DNA of 64,000 bases from Deinococcales bacterium (GTDB lineage: Bacteria; Deinococcota; Deinococci; Deinococcales; JAAFIG01): NCBI GenBank assembly GCA_043778225.1, contig JAYWGM010000080.1:13910-77909 (forward strand), read 5' to 3'. A program made the translations under genes and the position numbers. This document shows, in pieces, positions 40,837-50,786 of this stretch. The notes under the pieces were generated by a model. It did no database searches. It worked only from the letters and a program-made list of their open reading frames with translations, and was not told the DNA's origin. Numbering within the stretch: position 1 is the first letter of the stretch; each line of letters begins with the position of its first letter.

Positions 40837-42783
40837 ATGACCCATTCTGCCTCCCCGAGTGCTGCCGCGATTTTCGAGCAACAATTGCTTGAGGCTCGGA
40901 TTTTACGGCGCGTCAATGCGGCAGCAGCAAAACTCGAGCCACTTCATGTTTTGAATGTTTTGTGTGCCGAAGTGGCTAAAGCCCTTCATGCAGACTCAGC
41001 AGCTTTTGGGCAGTTAAATCTGGCTCGAGATGCGATTGAAATTATTGCTGAATATCGAACCAGTGGCATCAGTGCCATTGGCGTGATTTTGCCTTTGGCG
41101 GGCAACGACATCACACCTCAGGTTCTCGAGCAGCGCCGCCCAGTCGTGATTGACGATGCTCAGCACAATTTACAGTTTGGTTCAAATCGCCAAGCTGCAA
41201 TTCGCTTTGGTATTTGTAGCATGATGATTGTTCCAGTTTTGGCTGGTAAAGCAGTCATTGGCACATTGGGGGTGGATTCCTTAACGCCTCGAGTTTTTAG
41301 TCCAGCCGACCAAAACCTTGCCATGAGCGTGGTTCAAGCCGCGATTCCAGCCTTAAAACAAACCCATATGATTGAGGCATTGCGGAGCGAATTAGTCGAA
41401 CGCCATTCGATTGAACAGGCGCTTCGCAGCAGTCAAAATCGGTTTATTGAATTGGTCAATAACCTTGAAGGCATGGTTTTTGAAGGTGAGATGCAAGGCG
41501 GCATCAGTCGGCTGACTTTTGTTTCGCAACGCGCTGAACAGATTTTAGGTTATCCGCTTGAATGGTGGTTTTCCGAGCCAAATTGGCAAACAAAACCAGT
41601 CCATCCAGACGACCAAGCCTTGGTTCTCGAGAAGATGAGCCTGAGCGCTCAAGAAGGCAAAGCCGTAGACATCGAATACCGCATGATTCGGGCTGACCAG
41701 CGTATTATCTGGGTGCGAACCCTTGCCAAAGTTGAACACGAAGACAAAAATCTGCATTGGCGTGGTTTAACCACCGACATCACGCCCTTAAAACAGCAGC
41801 AATTGCTCGAGCAAGACCGTAATTTGGCGCTTGAACTGATGTCGCGTGGGGCAGATTTACCAAAAATCCTCAGTACCATTGCCCAACTGCTCCATCGTCA
41901 GTTTCACTTGCCCTGTGCGATTACGGCATATCAAAATGCCGAAACACAACTTTTAGCACATTTGGCTGTCCCCGAAAAAGCCGTGCCAATGTTACAACGC
42001 ATTCGTTTTGGCGACGATGCCCTCGAGATGCGCCAAGTGTTGCGTCAAGGGCAACCTTATGCCTTTGAAATAGCCAGTGGATTTTTGTTTGAGCCTGAAT
42101 TGTGCGATGTCTTGATAAAAGCGGGTTTACACCATGCGGTGCTGATGCCAATGCGACTAGCAACTGGCGAAGTGCGCGGTGGGATGGTCTTTTTTTCTGC
42201 CAACGCCTTTGAATTTGCTTTAGACCCACGCATCACCTCGAGTTGCGATTTGGCAGCCATTGCGATCGAGCGCCACCGATTGTTGGCATCACTCGAGCAT
42301 CAGGCATTGCACGATATTTTGACTGGCTTACCCAATCGCTCTTTGTACAATGCCCATTTAGCCCAGATTATTTCCCAGTCGACGCGCAATGCAAGCCGTT
42401 TTGCGCTGTTGCAAATAGACCTCAATCGCTTTAAGCAAATCAACGATACCCACGGTCATGCGGCTGGCGATGCAGTTTTGGTTGCCGTGGCTCGAGCTAT
42501 GCAAAAGTGCCTCAGGGCTTCTGATATGGCGGTTCGCTTGGGCGGCGACGAATTCTGCATTATTGCCCCAGAAGTCAGCAGCCGCACTGATGCCCGAGTG
42601 CTACTCGAAAAAATCAGCATCGCCATTGAAGCCATTTGGCTCGAGCCAAATATCCAAATCTCGGCGGCGATTGGCTATGCGATTTTTCCAGACGATGCCA
42701 GCAGTGCCGATGCGCTCTACACTGCGGCAGACCATGCGATGTACCGACAAAAAAATTATGCAGGTAACTCGGCTCGAGGGTAA
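40837..42783 (+). CDS. GAF-PAS-(GAF)-GGDEF diguanylate cyclase
   Basis: [35 protein letters not shown]. Confidence 0.93.
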   Translation: MTHSASPSAAAIFEQQLLEARILRRVNAAAAKLEPLHVLNVLCAEVAKALHADSAAFGQLNLARDAIEIIAEYRTSGISAIGVILPLAGNDITPQVLEQRRPVVIDDAQHNLQFGSNRQAAIRFGICSMMIVPVLAGKAVIGTLGVDSLTPRVFSPADQNLAMSVVQAAIPALKQTHMIEALRSELVERHSIEQALRSSQNRFIELVNNLEGMVFEGEMQGGISRLTFVSQRAEQILGYPLEWWFSEPNWQTKPVHPDDQALVLEKMSLSAQEGKAVDIEYRMIRADQRIIWVRTLAKVEHEDKNLHWRGLTTDITPLKQQQLLEQDRNLALELMSRGADLPKILSTIAQLLHRQFHLPCAITAYQNAETQLLAHLAVPEKAVPMLQRIRFGDDALEMRQVLRQGQPYAFEIASGFLFEPELCDVLIKAGLHHAVLMPMRLATGEVRGGMVFFSANAFEFALDPRITSSCDLAAIAIERHRLLASLEHQALHDILTGLPNRSLYNAHLAQIISQSTRNASRFALLQIDLNRFKQINDTHGHAAGDAVLVAVARAMQKCLRASDMAVRLGGDEFCIIAPEVSSRTDARVLLEKISIAIEAIWLEPNIQISAAIGYAIFPDDASSADALYTAADHAMYRQKNYAGNSARG

Positions 42784-43574
42784 GACCCGATCACTTTCAT
42801 AAAACTGGCTTTTTGGAGCATCCCTAAAAGCGCACTCGAGACCGCCAATTCGTGCATTCCACCTTCGATGTCCACATAAATCAGGTACGAAAAAGCGCGG
42901 TCACGGCGCGGACGCGATTCGATTCGGGTTAAATTTAAGCCTTTAAGTTGATTGAGCATCTCGAGTAAAAAGCCCGGAGTGTGGCGCACTGCAAAAACCA
43001 AACTGGTTTTGTAAGGCACAGCCTGAATCGCGGTTTCGCTCCGAGACAAGACCAAAAAACGGGTGTAGTTAAAAGCCTCATCCTCGATATTGGCAGCAAT
43101 CACCTCGAGTCCGTACAAAGTCCCAGCCCGTGCCGAGGCAATCACGGCTTCGTCGGTCGCGCCTCGAGCCAAGAGTTCTTGGGCTGCGCCAGCCGTGTCA
43201 AAAGCACTGACGGGCATTAAATTATGTGTTGCCAAAAAACCATCGCATTGGGCTAAAGCCTGTGGATGCGAATGCACCCGTTTGACCTCGCTAAGTTGCA
43301 CCCCCGGCAGTGCCAATAACTGATGCTTGACCCGCACAATCACTTCGCCAATGATGTGTAAATCGGTCTCAGGTAATAAATCCATGGCTTGCTGAACTGT
43401 ACCAGCCAAACTGTTCTCGACCGGCACAACTCCTAGGTCGGCTGCTCCACTCGAGACCGCTAAAAAAACCCGATGGAAACTTGGATACCCAACTGGCTCT
43501 GCCTCTACACTTGCTTCTAAAGCCGCAATCTCGCCATATGCCCCAGCCACACCTTGAAAAGCCACATTGACCAT
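42756..43574 (-). CDS. pheA: Prephenate dehydratase
   Basis: [31 protein letters not shown]. Confidence 0.96.
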   Translation of the reverse strand: MVNVAFQGVAGAYGEIAALEASVEAEPVGYPSFHRVFLAVSSGAADLGVVPVENSLAGTVQQAMDLLPETDLHIIGEVIVRVKHQLLALPGVQLSEVKRVHSHPQALAQCDGFLATHNLMPVSAFDTAGAAQELLARGATDEAVIASARAGTLYGLEVIAANIEDEAFNYTRFLVLSRSETAIQAVPYKTSLVFAVRHTPGFLLEMLNQLKGLNLTRIESRPRRDRAFSYLIYVDIEGGMHELAVSSALLGMLQKASFMKVIGSYPRAELPA

Positions 43575-43613
43575 GAATTAAGATAACCTACTATGGCAAA
43601 AATCAGCAAACGC

Positions 43614-43698
43614 TGCTATACTTTTCTTATGACCTTTTAAGGGTTACTCGATTTGACATCACCCCTTGGTGCTTATTTTTAAGCGCAAGGGGTTTTTT
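43614..43698 (+). promoter_or_regulatory. Extended -10 promoter, micro-ORF and terminator hairpin (possible attenuator leader)
   Basis: TGCTATACT, then ATG ACC TTT TAA at 43629, then ACCCCTTGGTGCTTA...TAAGCGCAAGGGGTTTTTT. Confidence 0.55.
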
Positions 43699-43742
43699 CC
43701 TAAAAAATAGTAGGAAAAGTGCAAATCGTAGGAGGAATAACC

Positions 43743-44150
43743 ATGAGACGCGATAGCCTCATAGACCTTCAAGAACTCGTCTGGCACGGACGCTATGCCG
43801 TCAAGTCACACGCCACGCGCCACGCTCGAGCCGAAGGGTTTACCGAAGCCGATATGGTTCATGTCCTCGAGAATGGACGCGAACTGGCGGTCTACCCCGA
43901 AGACAAGCGAATGCTGGTGCTGGGCTATGTTTCCTTTGGTCCGCAACTGCACATTCCAATGCACGTTGTGGTGGACTACTCGGGGTATCGGTGGCTGGAC
44001 ATTGTGACTGCTTATATTCCAGACCAACCTTACCGTGTGGTCTCAAGGGAGCGGGTCGCCATTCTGGTTTCGGAAAACCGCGAGCGCACCATTCGCCCAA
44101 GGGAGCAACGCACACGGACTCGAGGCTGGGGTGGTTTTGCAATGCGTTAA
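43743..44150 (+). CDS. DUF4258 domain protein
   Basis: HATRHARAEG...YPEDKRMLVLG...PMHVVVD...IVTAYIP; AGGAGG RBS. Confidence 0.75.
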   Translation: MRRDSLIDLQELVWHGRYAVKSHATRHARAEGFTEADMVHVLENGRELAVYPEDKRMLVLGYVSFGPQLHIPMHVVVDYSGYRWLDIVTAYIPDQPYRVVSRERVAILVSENRERTIRPREQRTRTRGWGGFAMR

Positions 44151-44929
44151 TTTTGCCTTAACATCACGGCGGGCAATAAATGGGTTTGAACTTGGTGCAA
44201 AAAATCCGACAAGCCACAGTCTTTGCCGTTTTGATGCAGCGTCTCGAGGCTCGGGGCAGACCAACAAGCCATTTCTCGAGCCTCGCTAGAATCTGATAAG
44301 CGCCCCCAAATATCTTTAGCACAACGCGGATTATTTGGGGCATCGCGTAAGCGGTGTGGTTCTTGGATTGGGTGTATGCCAGCTAAGGTTTTGAGTTCGG
44401 TATCCACTCGAGTTTGTTCGGTTTTATTTTGTGGGATAAAGCCAGCCAACAACCATGCTTCACGGTAACGGTCTGGTGTACCGATTACCACTCCCACAGC
44501 TTTTCGAGCTTTGCTGATGCGCGTTCTGAGGTATTCGTCTTTGCCATGCTCGAGACCCGTTTGTAAATCCGACTGTGAGTGTGCATCAACATCGCGCATC
44601 AGCACCACAGCAAAAGCCGAACTTAACTCGGCAAGGCGCAAGACCTTTAGGGCATTGACTGCCTCGAGTTTTGGCGGAATGCCATCTCGAAAACGCCCAA
44701 GTACGGCTGGGACTCGAGTAGGTTTTTCGTCTTCGACAGCTTTATAGATTTTCTTGATACTTGCCCAACGCAGAAAATCCGTACCCTGTAAGAAACCACC
44801 CCAGACTGGACGGGCTTCGATGGCTAAATCTTCAAACCAAGCAATTTTTGTATGCAGCACACGTTCTGCTAAACCTTTGGCGACTCGAGCATCGCCACTT
44901 GCTTCGCAAGCAATTAAAATATCAGGCAC
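44147..44929 (-). CDS. Hypothetical partner of the AAA_21 ATPase (TOPRIM/RloB-like)
   Basis: ILIACEASGD, MRDVD, REAWLLAG; GTG start overlaps the ATPase stop. Confidence 0.65.
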   Translation of the reverse strand: MPDILIACEASGDARVAKGLAERVLHTKIAWFEDLAIEARPVWGGFLQGTDFLRWASIKKIYKAVEDEKPTRVPAVLGRFRDGIPPKLEAVNALKVLRLAELSSAFAVVLMRDVDAHSQSDLQTGLEHGKDEYLRTRISKARKAVGVVIGTPDRYREAWLLAGFIPQNKTEQTRVDTELKTLAGIHPIQEPHRLRDAPNNPRCAKDIWGRLSDSSEAREMACWSAPSLETLHQNGKDCGLSDFLHQVQTHLLPAVMLRQN

Positions 44930-46052
44930 GTGCTTTCTCCAAAAATAGTTCTTTAACCCAATCTTCGCCCACAAAACTCCAGAATTCGCCGGGGGTCATG
45001 GATTCACGCCACTGCTCAAAGTTTGGATACGCCTCGAGCGGTGCAACCAATGTGCCAAGCTCAGGGTCAAAGGTTGTGACCCGAACTTCTTTTGGCTCGA
45101 GTTCGTGCAGTACATAAGGCGAGTGACTGGTGGCAATGATTTGTAATCCCGATGTGATGGCTTGGATTTCGCGCAGCACACGAATCAGGTCTTTAACCGC
45201 TTTAGGATGTAAACCACGCTCAATATCATCAATCAGAATAACGGTATCGTTTTGGCTAATGGCAACAGTCACCAAAACAGTGAGTGCAAATAGTGTTCCT
45301 TCACTAACGAATTTTACAGCGACATTTGATGATTTTTCAAAATCAAACAACAATTGCTGACCAGTTCCAAACCGCCGAGCCAGAATATCCTCGAGAAGTT
45401 GTTCAGGGTCAGTCACGTTGAACCAGTCTTTTGCAGCGACTCGGGCAGGTTCAATTCTAAATTTTTGAAAATTAGGAATAATCTCTCTCATTTTAGCTTG
45501 AATCCAAGCAAACTTTTCAGGCTGTAAAGATTGTGTATAAGAGCAAATCGTTGCAAGTCCTAAACCTGTTGGTTCAAGTACAGGACTGAGATTTTCGCTG
45601 TACGATGCTCGAGCCGCATCGTTTCTCGAGAAAGTTATTATTTTTGAAGTCATTTTAGATATGACTGGAAAATTGTGTGCATCTCTTACTTCAAGTTCTC
45701 TACGGACTGATAGACCATTTATTTTAAGCGAATAGTTGTGACTAACCTGACTAAAATCAATTTGAAAGTCATCTGAATTCTCGAATTTATAAGAAAAAGA
45801 AATGGGTAATGGTTGTAAATTTTTTGATTCTAATGATTGCATTTCTTGAATAATCAGATTTTGTGCTTGAGGTCTGAATTCAACTCCCAAAAAATCAACA
45901 GGTACTCCTCTTAGTCCAACTATTCTTCTTATTCCCTCGAGAATGCTGCTTTTACCACTGGCGTTTGGTCCAACAATGACCGTAAACGGCTCGAGGGTCA
46001 GTTCGACATCGCGCAGGGCTAAAAAATTCTTAAAACCAACTTTCTCGAGCAT
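44922..46052 (-). CDS. AAA_21-type ABC ATPase
   Basis: GPNASGKS, VSEGT, IDDIERGLHP, TSHSP. Confidence 0.9.
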   Translation of the reverse strand: MLEKVGFKNFLALRDVELTLEPFTVIVGPNASGKSSILEGIRRIVGLRGVPVDFLGVEFRPQAQNLIIQEMQSLESKNLQPLPISFSYKFENSDDFQIDFSQVSHNYSLKINGLSVRRELEVRDAHNFPVISKMTSKIITFSRNDAARASYSENLSPVLEPTGLGLATICSYTQSLQPEKFAWIQAKMREIIPNFQKFRIEPARVAAKDWFNVTDPEQLLEDILARRFGTGQQLLFDFEKSSNVAVKFVSEGTLFALTVLVTVAISQNDTVILIDDIERGLHPKAVKDLIRVLREIQAITSGLQIIATSHSPYVLHELEPKEVRVTTFDPELGTLVAPLEAYPNFEQWRESMTPGEFWSFVGEDWVKELFLEKARA

Positions 46053-46064
46053 ACAGGCAGTCTA

Positions 46065-46919
46065 TCAGACATCCCAGTAAGTCAGTGGTGCGCCGTTCGG
46101 ATGCACCAGCCCAGAAAATTTTGCCAAGCCAGCTTTGTCGGGCATCTCGAGGTGATACCTAAAATTCCACAAGTAATGCTGCACAATCCGTTCGGGTAAA
46201 CCAAGGCGCTTGGCTTCGAGCGTGGCGATTTCTGCCAGATGCCCAATGCCAGTCCGTCGGGCGCGGCGCATGGCTAAGACCAACTCGAGCGGCGGCGGGT
46301 TGTCTATCCGCGTTGCCCAGACCGCAAACACAAAGGGCATTCCGGTGTGTTCGTACCAACTTGTCGAAAGGTCGGTGACTTGCACCGCTTGACCGCTCGA
46401 GAGCCGCCCAGTGTTGGGTAATCGAAACATTTGGGTGGTTTCGGAAATCGGTCCACACAACCTGTACCACTCCGACAATGCCCCGTCGCCAATCAGCAGC
46501 GCGGCTGGGTAATGCTCGAGTAAATGCTCTAAGTTGGGTTCGGCTGGCTCGAGCTTGGCATTGATTCCATCGAGCTTTAGAAGCGTCTCGAGCAATTTGA
46601 CGCTGGTGGCAGAGTGGGTCGTGACCGCAATGGTTTTGCCATTCAAATCTGCCCATGGCACAGTATGAAATAAACTAACGCTGTAGACCGCCCCGAGAAC
46701 CGAAATAGAAAAATCGGGCAAAGCCCGCAATTTGTCGGCGTTTTCGATCAGTTCAAATGCCGAAATGTTGGCAAGGTCTACCCGTCCCTCGAGCAGTGCA
46801 GTGTTGATTTGGGTCGGTACACCGCGTATCCATTGGGTGGCTTGTCCGCTCAGTTCTGACTCGAGGCTGTGCAAAAGCGGAGCGACGTTGGTGTATCCAA
46901 TTATCCCGAGGCGGGTCAT
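46065..46919 (-). CDS. mqnA: Chorismate dehydratase (futalosine menaquinone pathway)
   Basis: GYTNVAPL, GAVYSV, SATSVKL, LLIGDGAL, PFVFAVW. Confidence 0.92.
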   Translation of the reverse strand: MTRLGIIGYTNVAPLLHSLESELSGQATQWIRGVPTQINTALLEGRVDLANISAFELIENADKLRALPDFSISVLGAVYSVSLFHTVPWADLNGKTIAVTTHSATSVKLLETLLKLDGINAKLEPAEPNLEHLLEHYPAALLIGDGALSEWYRLCGPISETTQMFRLPNTGRLSSGQAVQVTDLSTSWYEHTGMPFVFAVWATRIDNPPPLELVLAMRRARRTGIGHLAEIATLEAKRLGLPERIVQHYLWNFRYHLEMPDKAGLAKFSGLVHPNGAPLTYWDV

Positions 46920-47135
46920 AAGAGTAGTTTAACTCTTTTGTAGCCTCTGCTTGACTTCAATCTGGCTTTATGGGTTTTAATACGTGATTGAAGGTTGTTC
47001 AGTGCGTATTCAGTGTTTGTTCAGCACTCGAGTTTTATGGTGATATGGTGGGAGATAATAGGTCTAAAAAGGGAGAAGAATGAAACAGCACAGCACAGCA
47101 CTAGCTCGAGACAGACTTCACAACGGGAGAAAACC

Positions 47136-47680
47136 ATGCTGCCAGCAGTTCGACTGATTTGTAAATCGGCACATTTTGCTTCATATGTTCACCAAGAAAT
47201 AGCGTCCTATGGTTTGACCATAAACCCGAATGCCGAATACACCATTTTATTTTGGTCGAAGCCCTGTACGGCACAGCCGTAACTGAACTCGAGAACTCCG
47301 AGATTGACCCAACAAAAACCCTTGTGTTTACCACCAATCCATGCCCCGAATACTGGCAAGATGTGCTTGATTTACCGGTGCAAGGTTTGGTGGTGAATTC
47401 GCTCGACCAAAGCACCTGTATCACCGCCTTAAAAGCCATCTCGAGTGGCGAACTTTTTAAGCGATTGCCACCAGCAAAAGACCTTCATTTGAACCAGAGT
47501 GAACGCGAGGTTCTGAGGCTTGTGGCACGGAGTTTTAGCAATAAGGAAATTCAGGGCATCACTGGACTTGCCGATAAATACGTGCAGAACAACGTCGCCA
47601 GCCCACTCAGAAAATTACCAGAGGCGTACCCAGAATTGCGTTTCTCGAATCGTGGTTGTCTCATGCACTATTATCGTGTT
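47136..47680 (+). pseudogene. Frameshifted LuxR-C-terminal regulator (NPCPEYW type), 3' end fused to foreign DNA
   Basis: ATG 47136 with GGAGA RBS; a 5-bp duplication ATTTT-ATTTT (47244-47253) shifts the frame; HTH LNQSEREVLRLVARSFSNKEI. Confidence 0.75.
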
Positions 47681-47912
47681 TTTCTTTATGAGGTTTGCAT
47701 TCTTGAAATTTCCAATGAAGAAATTTCAGGCTGCTATACCTATGCTTTTATTTAACTTTATTCCAATATCAGGTGATATAACCGGACCTTCAAATCTAAC
47801 GATTATCTCACCAACTGGGATTGTCCTATTTGATTTCTACTTTTTGTTTCTACTCAATCTTTTTGCGATCATTCTCGCCTTTTTTCTTTCATCACAAAAG
47901 CAAAAATCTTAA
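47670..47912 (+). pseudogene. 5'-truncated small membrane protein, paralog of 48481-48762
   Basis: FMRFAFLKFP...LLNLFAIILAFFLSSQK versus CLRFVFAKKP...LLSLVAIILAYSLTSHK; AT-rich. Confidence 0.55.
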
Positions 47913-47943
47913 TCGCCTGATTTTAACCAAGGAAGTGTTAGTC

Positions 47944-47969
47944 TAAGCTCATGAAAATCCATCTAATTG
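47944..47969 (+). repeat. Degenerate copy 1 of the deoB -10/start region
   Basis: TAAGCTC-ATGAAAATCCATCTAATTG. Confidence 0.75.
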
Positions 47970-48044
47970 ACCTAAAAAGTAAGCTAGGGAGAGTTCAGAA
48001 ATATATTTCTGAATTCTCATTTTTGACCAGTTAAGGAAAAAGTT

Positions 48045-48401
48045 ATGCTTGAGATACTTCTTGTAGGTTGGTTCGGCATACCTAACATTCTGTTGGGTAT
48101 ACTATATGGGGTGGGGATTGGCTTAATCGTTAGTCGTGTAAAAAAATCTACAATTACAAATACTTTCTTTGCATTCTTGGTGTTCAGTGTAGCTACCTTT
48201 GTACTGACTAATTCTTATCTGAATGCGGCACAATTGTCTTTCTGGGAAGCATTCAATCAAATCACCAAATCTCAATTTGCACGAGATGCAGTCGCTAGTT
48301 TTATGCTTGGACTGGGTACAATCATTGGGTTTTCAGCTTTTATAGGCTATTGGCAAATAAGCCACAAAATTCAACCACAGGACTCGAGCGCAATTTCTTA
48401 G
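48045..48401 (+). CDS. Small AT-rich multi-TM membrane protein
   Basis: AAGGA RBS; three hydrophobic segments. Confidence 0.75.
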   Translation: MLEILLVGWFGIPNILLGILYGVGIGLIVSRVKKSTITNTFFAFLVFSVATFVLTNSYLNAAQLSFWEAFNQITKSQFARDAVASFMLGLGTIIGFSAFIGYWQISHKIQPQDSSAIS

Positions 48402-48417
48402 AGAAGAGCTTCGCATC

Positions 48418-48447
48418 TAGACTCTTTCATTCAAGTCCATCTGATTG
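48418..48447 (+). repeat. Degenerate copy 2 of the deoB -10/start region
   Basis: TAGACTCTTTC-ATTCAAGTCCATCTGATTG. Confidence 0.65.
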
Positions 48448-48480
48448 CAGATTTTGTGTGGCTTTAACCGAGGTCTCGAG

Positions 48481-48762
48481 ATGATAAATTTTATAATTTT
48501 TGGTTTTCCAATACTTTTGTTCATTTGCTTGCGGTTTGTGTTTGCTAAGAAGCCAGAAACCAGAAAAGTCTTCTATCTTTTTTGTATGCTTCTGCCAGTT
48601 TTATCGTTACTTCCGAGTATAGTTATGAAACCTCAAGTCTTACGACCATTGGTATTGCCAGACGGCGAGGTGTTGGTTTCGCCATCCATTATGGGCTTAT
48701 TAAGTCTTGTTGCTATTATCCTCGCCTATTCACTGACCTCACATAAAGTAAAGCAGTCTTAG
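48481..48762 (+). CDS. Small AT-rich multi-TM membrane protein
   Basis: GAGG RBS; hydrophobic segments. Confidence 0.75.
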   Translation: MINFIIFGFPILLFICLRFVFAKKPETRKVFYLFCMLLPVLSLLPSIVMKPQVLRPLVLPDGEVLVSPSIMGLLSLVAIILAYSLTSHKVKQS

Positions 48763-48772
48763 TTCAAGAAAT

Positions 48773-48867
48773 CATGGAAAGAGTTTAGATGTTAAGCTCT
48801 TTCCATGAAAATCCATGTGATTGTGCTTGATAGCGTTGGCGTTGGCGCACTGCCTGATGCTTCGGAA
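48773..48867 (+). repeat. Copy 3 of the deoB 5' end (hairpin, -10 box and first ~21 codons)
   Basis: Encodes [19 protein letters not shown], identical to DeoB; 6 nt differences, all synonymous. Confidence 0.95.
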
Positions 48868-49032
48868 ATTGTGCTAATGGCTCGAGCCGCAATGATAGGT
48901 TTTAATGATGGGATGCGTTAGAACCTTGGGGCTGTCGCTACTGCCAATCGGCAACCACAAAAACCAAAAAAGATGAGAATATAAACACGATTTATACTTG
49001 ACAGTTACACCAAAGCAGACTACCCTCGAGTC

Positions 49033-49281
49033 ATGACTTTAGAACTCCCCCAGCACCTCGAAGAGTGGATACAAGCCCAAGTACAATCTGGTAAGTACGC
49101 CAACCCTGTCGAAGTGATTCAAAATACCCTCGAGACTGCTTTGCGACAAGCCCAAGCCCAAGCTGCTCTCGAGACAATGCTAGACCGTGGTTTTGCAGAT
49201 GTTGGAAGTGGTAAAACACATCGGTTTGAAACACTTGAAGACTTCCGAGCCGCTGTGCAAGCGCGAGTTCAAACAGCATGA
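49033..49281 (+). CDS. ParD-like (CC2985-type RHH) antitoxin
   Basis: LEEWIQAQVQSGKYANPVEVI; TTGACA-17-TACCCT promoter upstream. Confidence 0.85.
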   Translation: MTLELPQHLEEWIQAQVQSGKYANPVEVIQNTLETALRQAQAQAALETMLDRGFADVGSGKTHRFETLEDFRAAVQARVQTA

Positions 49282-49574
49282 GTCTTGGCTACGAATTCTC
49301 GAGTGTTGCGCTTGAAGATATTGCCGAGATATTTGTGTATTACACCCGAATTTTGAACGCAGAAATTGCTCAAGCTCGAGTGGATGAAATTTTTTATCGA
49401 GTCAAAGAAATTTGCGATTTTCCGGATTCAGGGCAACTTGTACCTTCGCGGCGCAAGGGTGTAAGGCGAATTATGCAACGCGACTACCTGATTTTTTATG
49501 TTTTGCGTGAAGCAACCATTTTTGTTTTACGGGTACAGCATGGGCGGCGTGACCTGACGGATTTGGTGTTGTAA
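49278..49574 (+). CDS. RelE/ParE-family toxin
   Basis: ALEDIAEIFVY...FPDSG...YLIFY...VLRVQHGRRD; ATGA coupling. Confidence 0.9.
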   Translation: MSLGYEFSSVALEDIAEIFVYYTRILNAEIAQARVDEIFYRVKEICDFPDSGQLVPSRRKGVRRIMQRDYLIFYVLREATIFVLRVQHGRRDLTDLVL

Positions 49575-49620
49575 AAAATTGAAGTTTCAAGATGTGATTG
49601 GAGAGTGTTAAACTCATTCC

Positions 49621-50784
49621 ATGAAAATCCATGTGATTGTGCTTGATAGTGTTGGGGTTGGTGCGTTACCTGATGCTCATGAATTCTCAAGCAGTTCCAG
49701 CCATCCGCGTGGCGATGAGGGTTCGCATACGATTAACCATATTTTGGAACAAACGGGTATTAAATTACCGAATCTCGAGGCGCTGGGCTTAGGCTGGATT
49801 CCAACGGTGCAGGCAACCAAAGTACCAAAGCCAACAGGCAGCTATGGGCGGATGCTCGAGGTCAGTAAGGGCAAAGACACCAGCACAGGGCATTGGGAAT
49901 TTATGGGGATACAACTCGAGCATCCTTTTCAGGTTTTCCCGCAGGGCTTTCCAAAGCCAGTTATGGATATGTTCAGTGCTGCCATCGGGCGTGGCTGGCT
50001 GTGCAATAAGCCTTACAGTGGCACGGATGTCATCCGCGATTATGGGGCGCAACACCTCGAGACTGGCTTCCCGATTTGCTACACCAGTGCTGATTCTGTT
50101 TTTCAGATTGCCGCCCACGAAGACCGTGTACCACTCGAGACCCTATACCGTTGGTGCAAAGCGGCACGCGGTATTTTGCAGGGCGAATTTGCCGTGGCTC
50201 GAGTTATTGCCCGTCCGTTTAAGGGCATTCATCCGTTTGAACGCGCCAACGAAGACCGCAAAGATTTTTCGCTCGAGCCACCGCCAAATGTGCTGGATGC
50301 TTTATTAGCAGCAAAGCTAGATGTGATTGGGCTGGGTAAAATTCCAGATATTTATGCCGAGCGCGGTTTTACCAAAAAAATTCATACCGACAATAACGAT
50401 GATGGAGTGCAGAAGATGCTCAAAGTCATGCGCTCGGACTTTAACGGCTTGGCATTTCTAAACTTGGTGGATTTTGACGCTAAATTTGGTCATCGGCGTG
50501 ATGTGCTTGGCTATGCCCAAGCGCTTCAAACCTTCGACGCGCAACTGCCCGAAATTTTGCAAGCCGTCTCGAGCGGCGATGCCCTCTATTTGATTTCTGA
50601 CCACGGCAACGACCCCACTTGGTTTGGTACAGACCACACCCGCGAACACGCGCTGCTGCTCGAGTACCGCCCGAATGTGGCATCTCGAGACTTGGGTGAA
50701 CGCCGCACTTTTGCCGATGTGGGCGCAACCGTCTGTGCTGCCCTTGGTGTGCCGTGGGCTGGGCATGGCACGAGTTTTTTTTAG
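49621..50784 (+). CDS. deoB: Phosphopentomutase
   Basis: [44 protein letters not shown]. Confidence 0.97.
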   Translation: MKIHVIVLDSVGVGALPDAHEFSSSSSHPRGDEGSHTINHILEQTGIKLPNLEALGLGWIPTVQATKVPKPTGSYGRMLEVSKGKDTSTGHWEFMGIQLEHPFQVFPQGFPKPVMDMFSAAIGRGWLCNKPYSGTDVIRDYGAQHLETGFPICYTSADSVFQIAAHEDRVPLETLYRWCKAARGILQGEFAVARVIARPFKGIHPFERANEDRKDFSLEPPPNVLDALLAAKLDVIGLGKIPDIYAERGFTKKIHTDNNDDGVQKMLKVMRSDFNGLAFLNLVDFDAKFGHRRDVLGYAQALQTFDAQLPEILQAVSSGDALYLISDHGNDPTWFGTDHTREHALLLEYRPNVASRDLGERRTFADVGATVCAALGVPWAGHGTSFF

Positions 50785-50786
50785 GC

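Noticed and set aside
47080..47157. Short ORF MKQHSTALARD... with an ACAGC microrepeat
   Set aside because: It has an RBS-like GGAG but no signal peptide or recognisable motif, so support is insufficient
47944..49640. CRISPR array or classical integron
   Set aside because: Spacers are gene-sized and unequal and the repeats are deoB-derived. No cas or intI gene and no clear attC core sites were seen.
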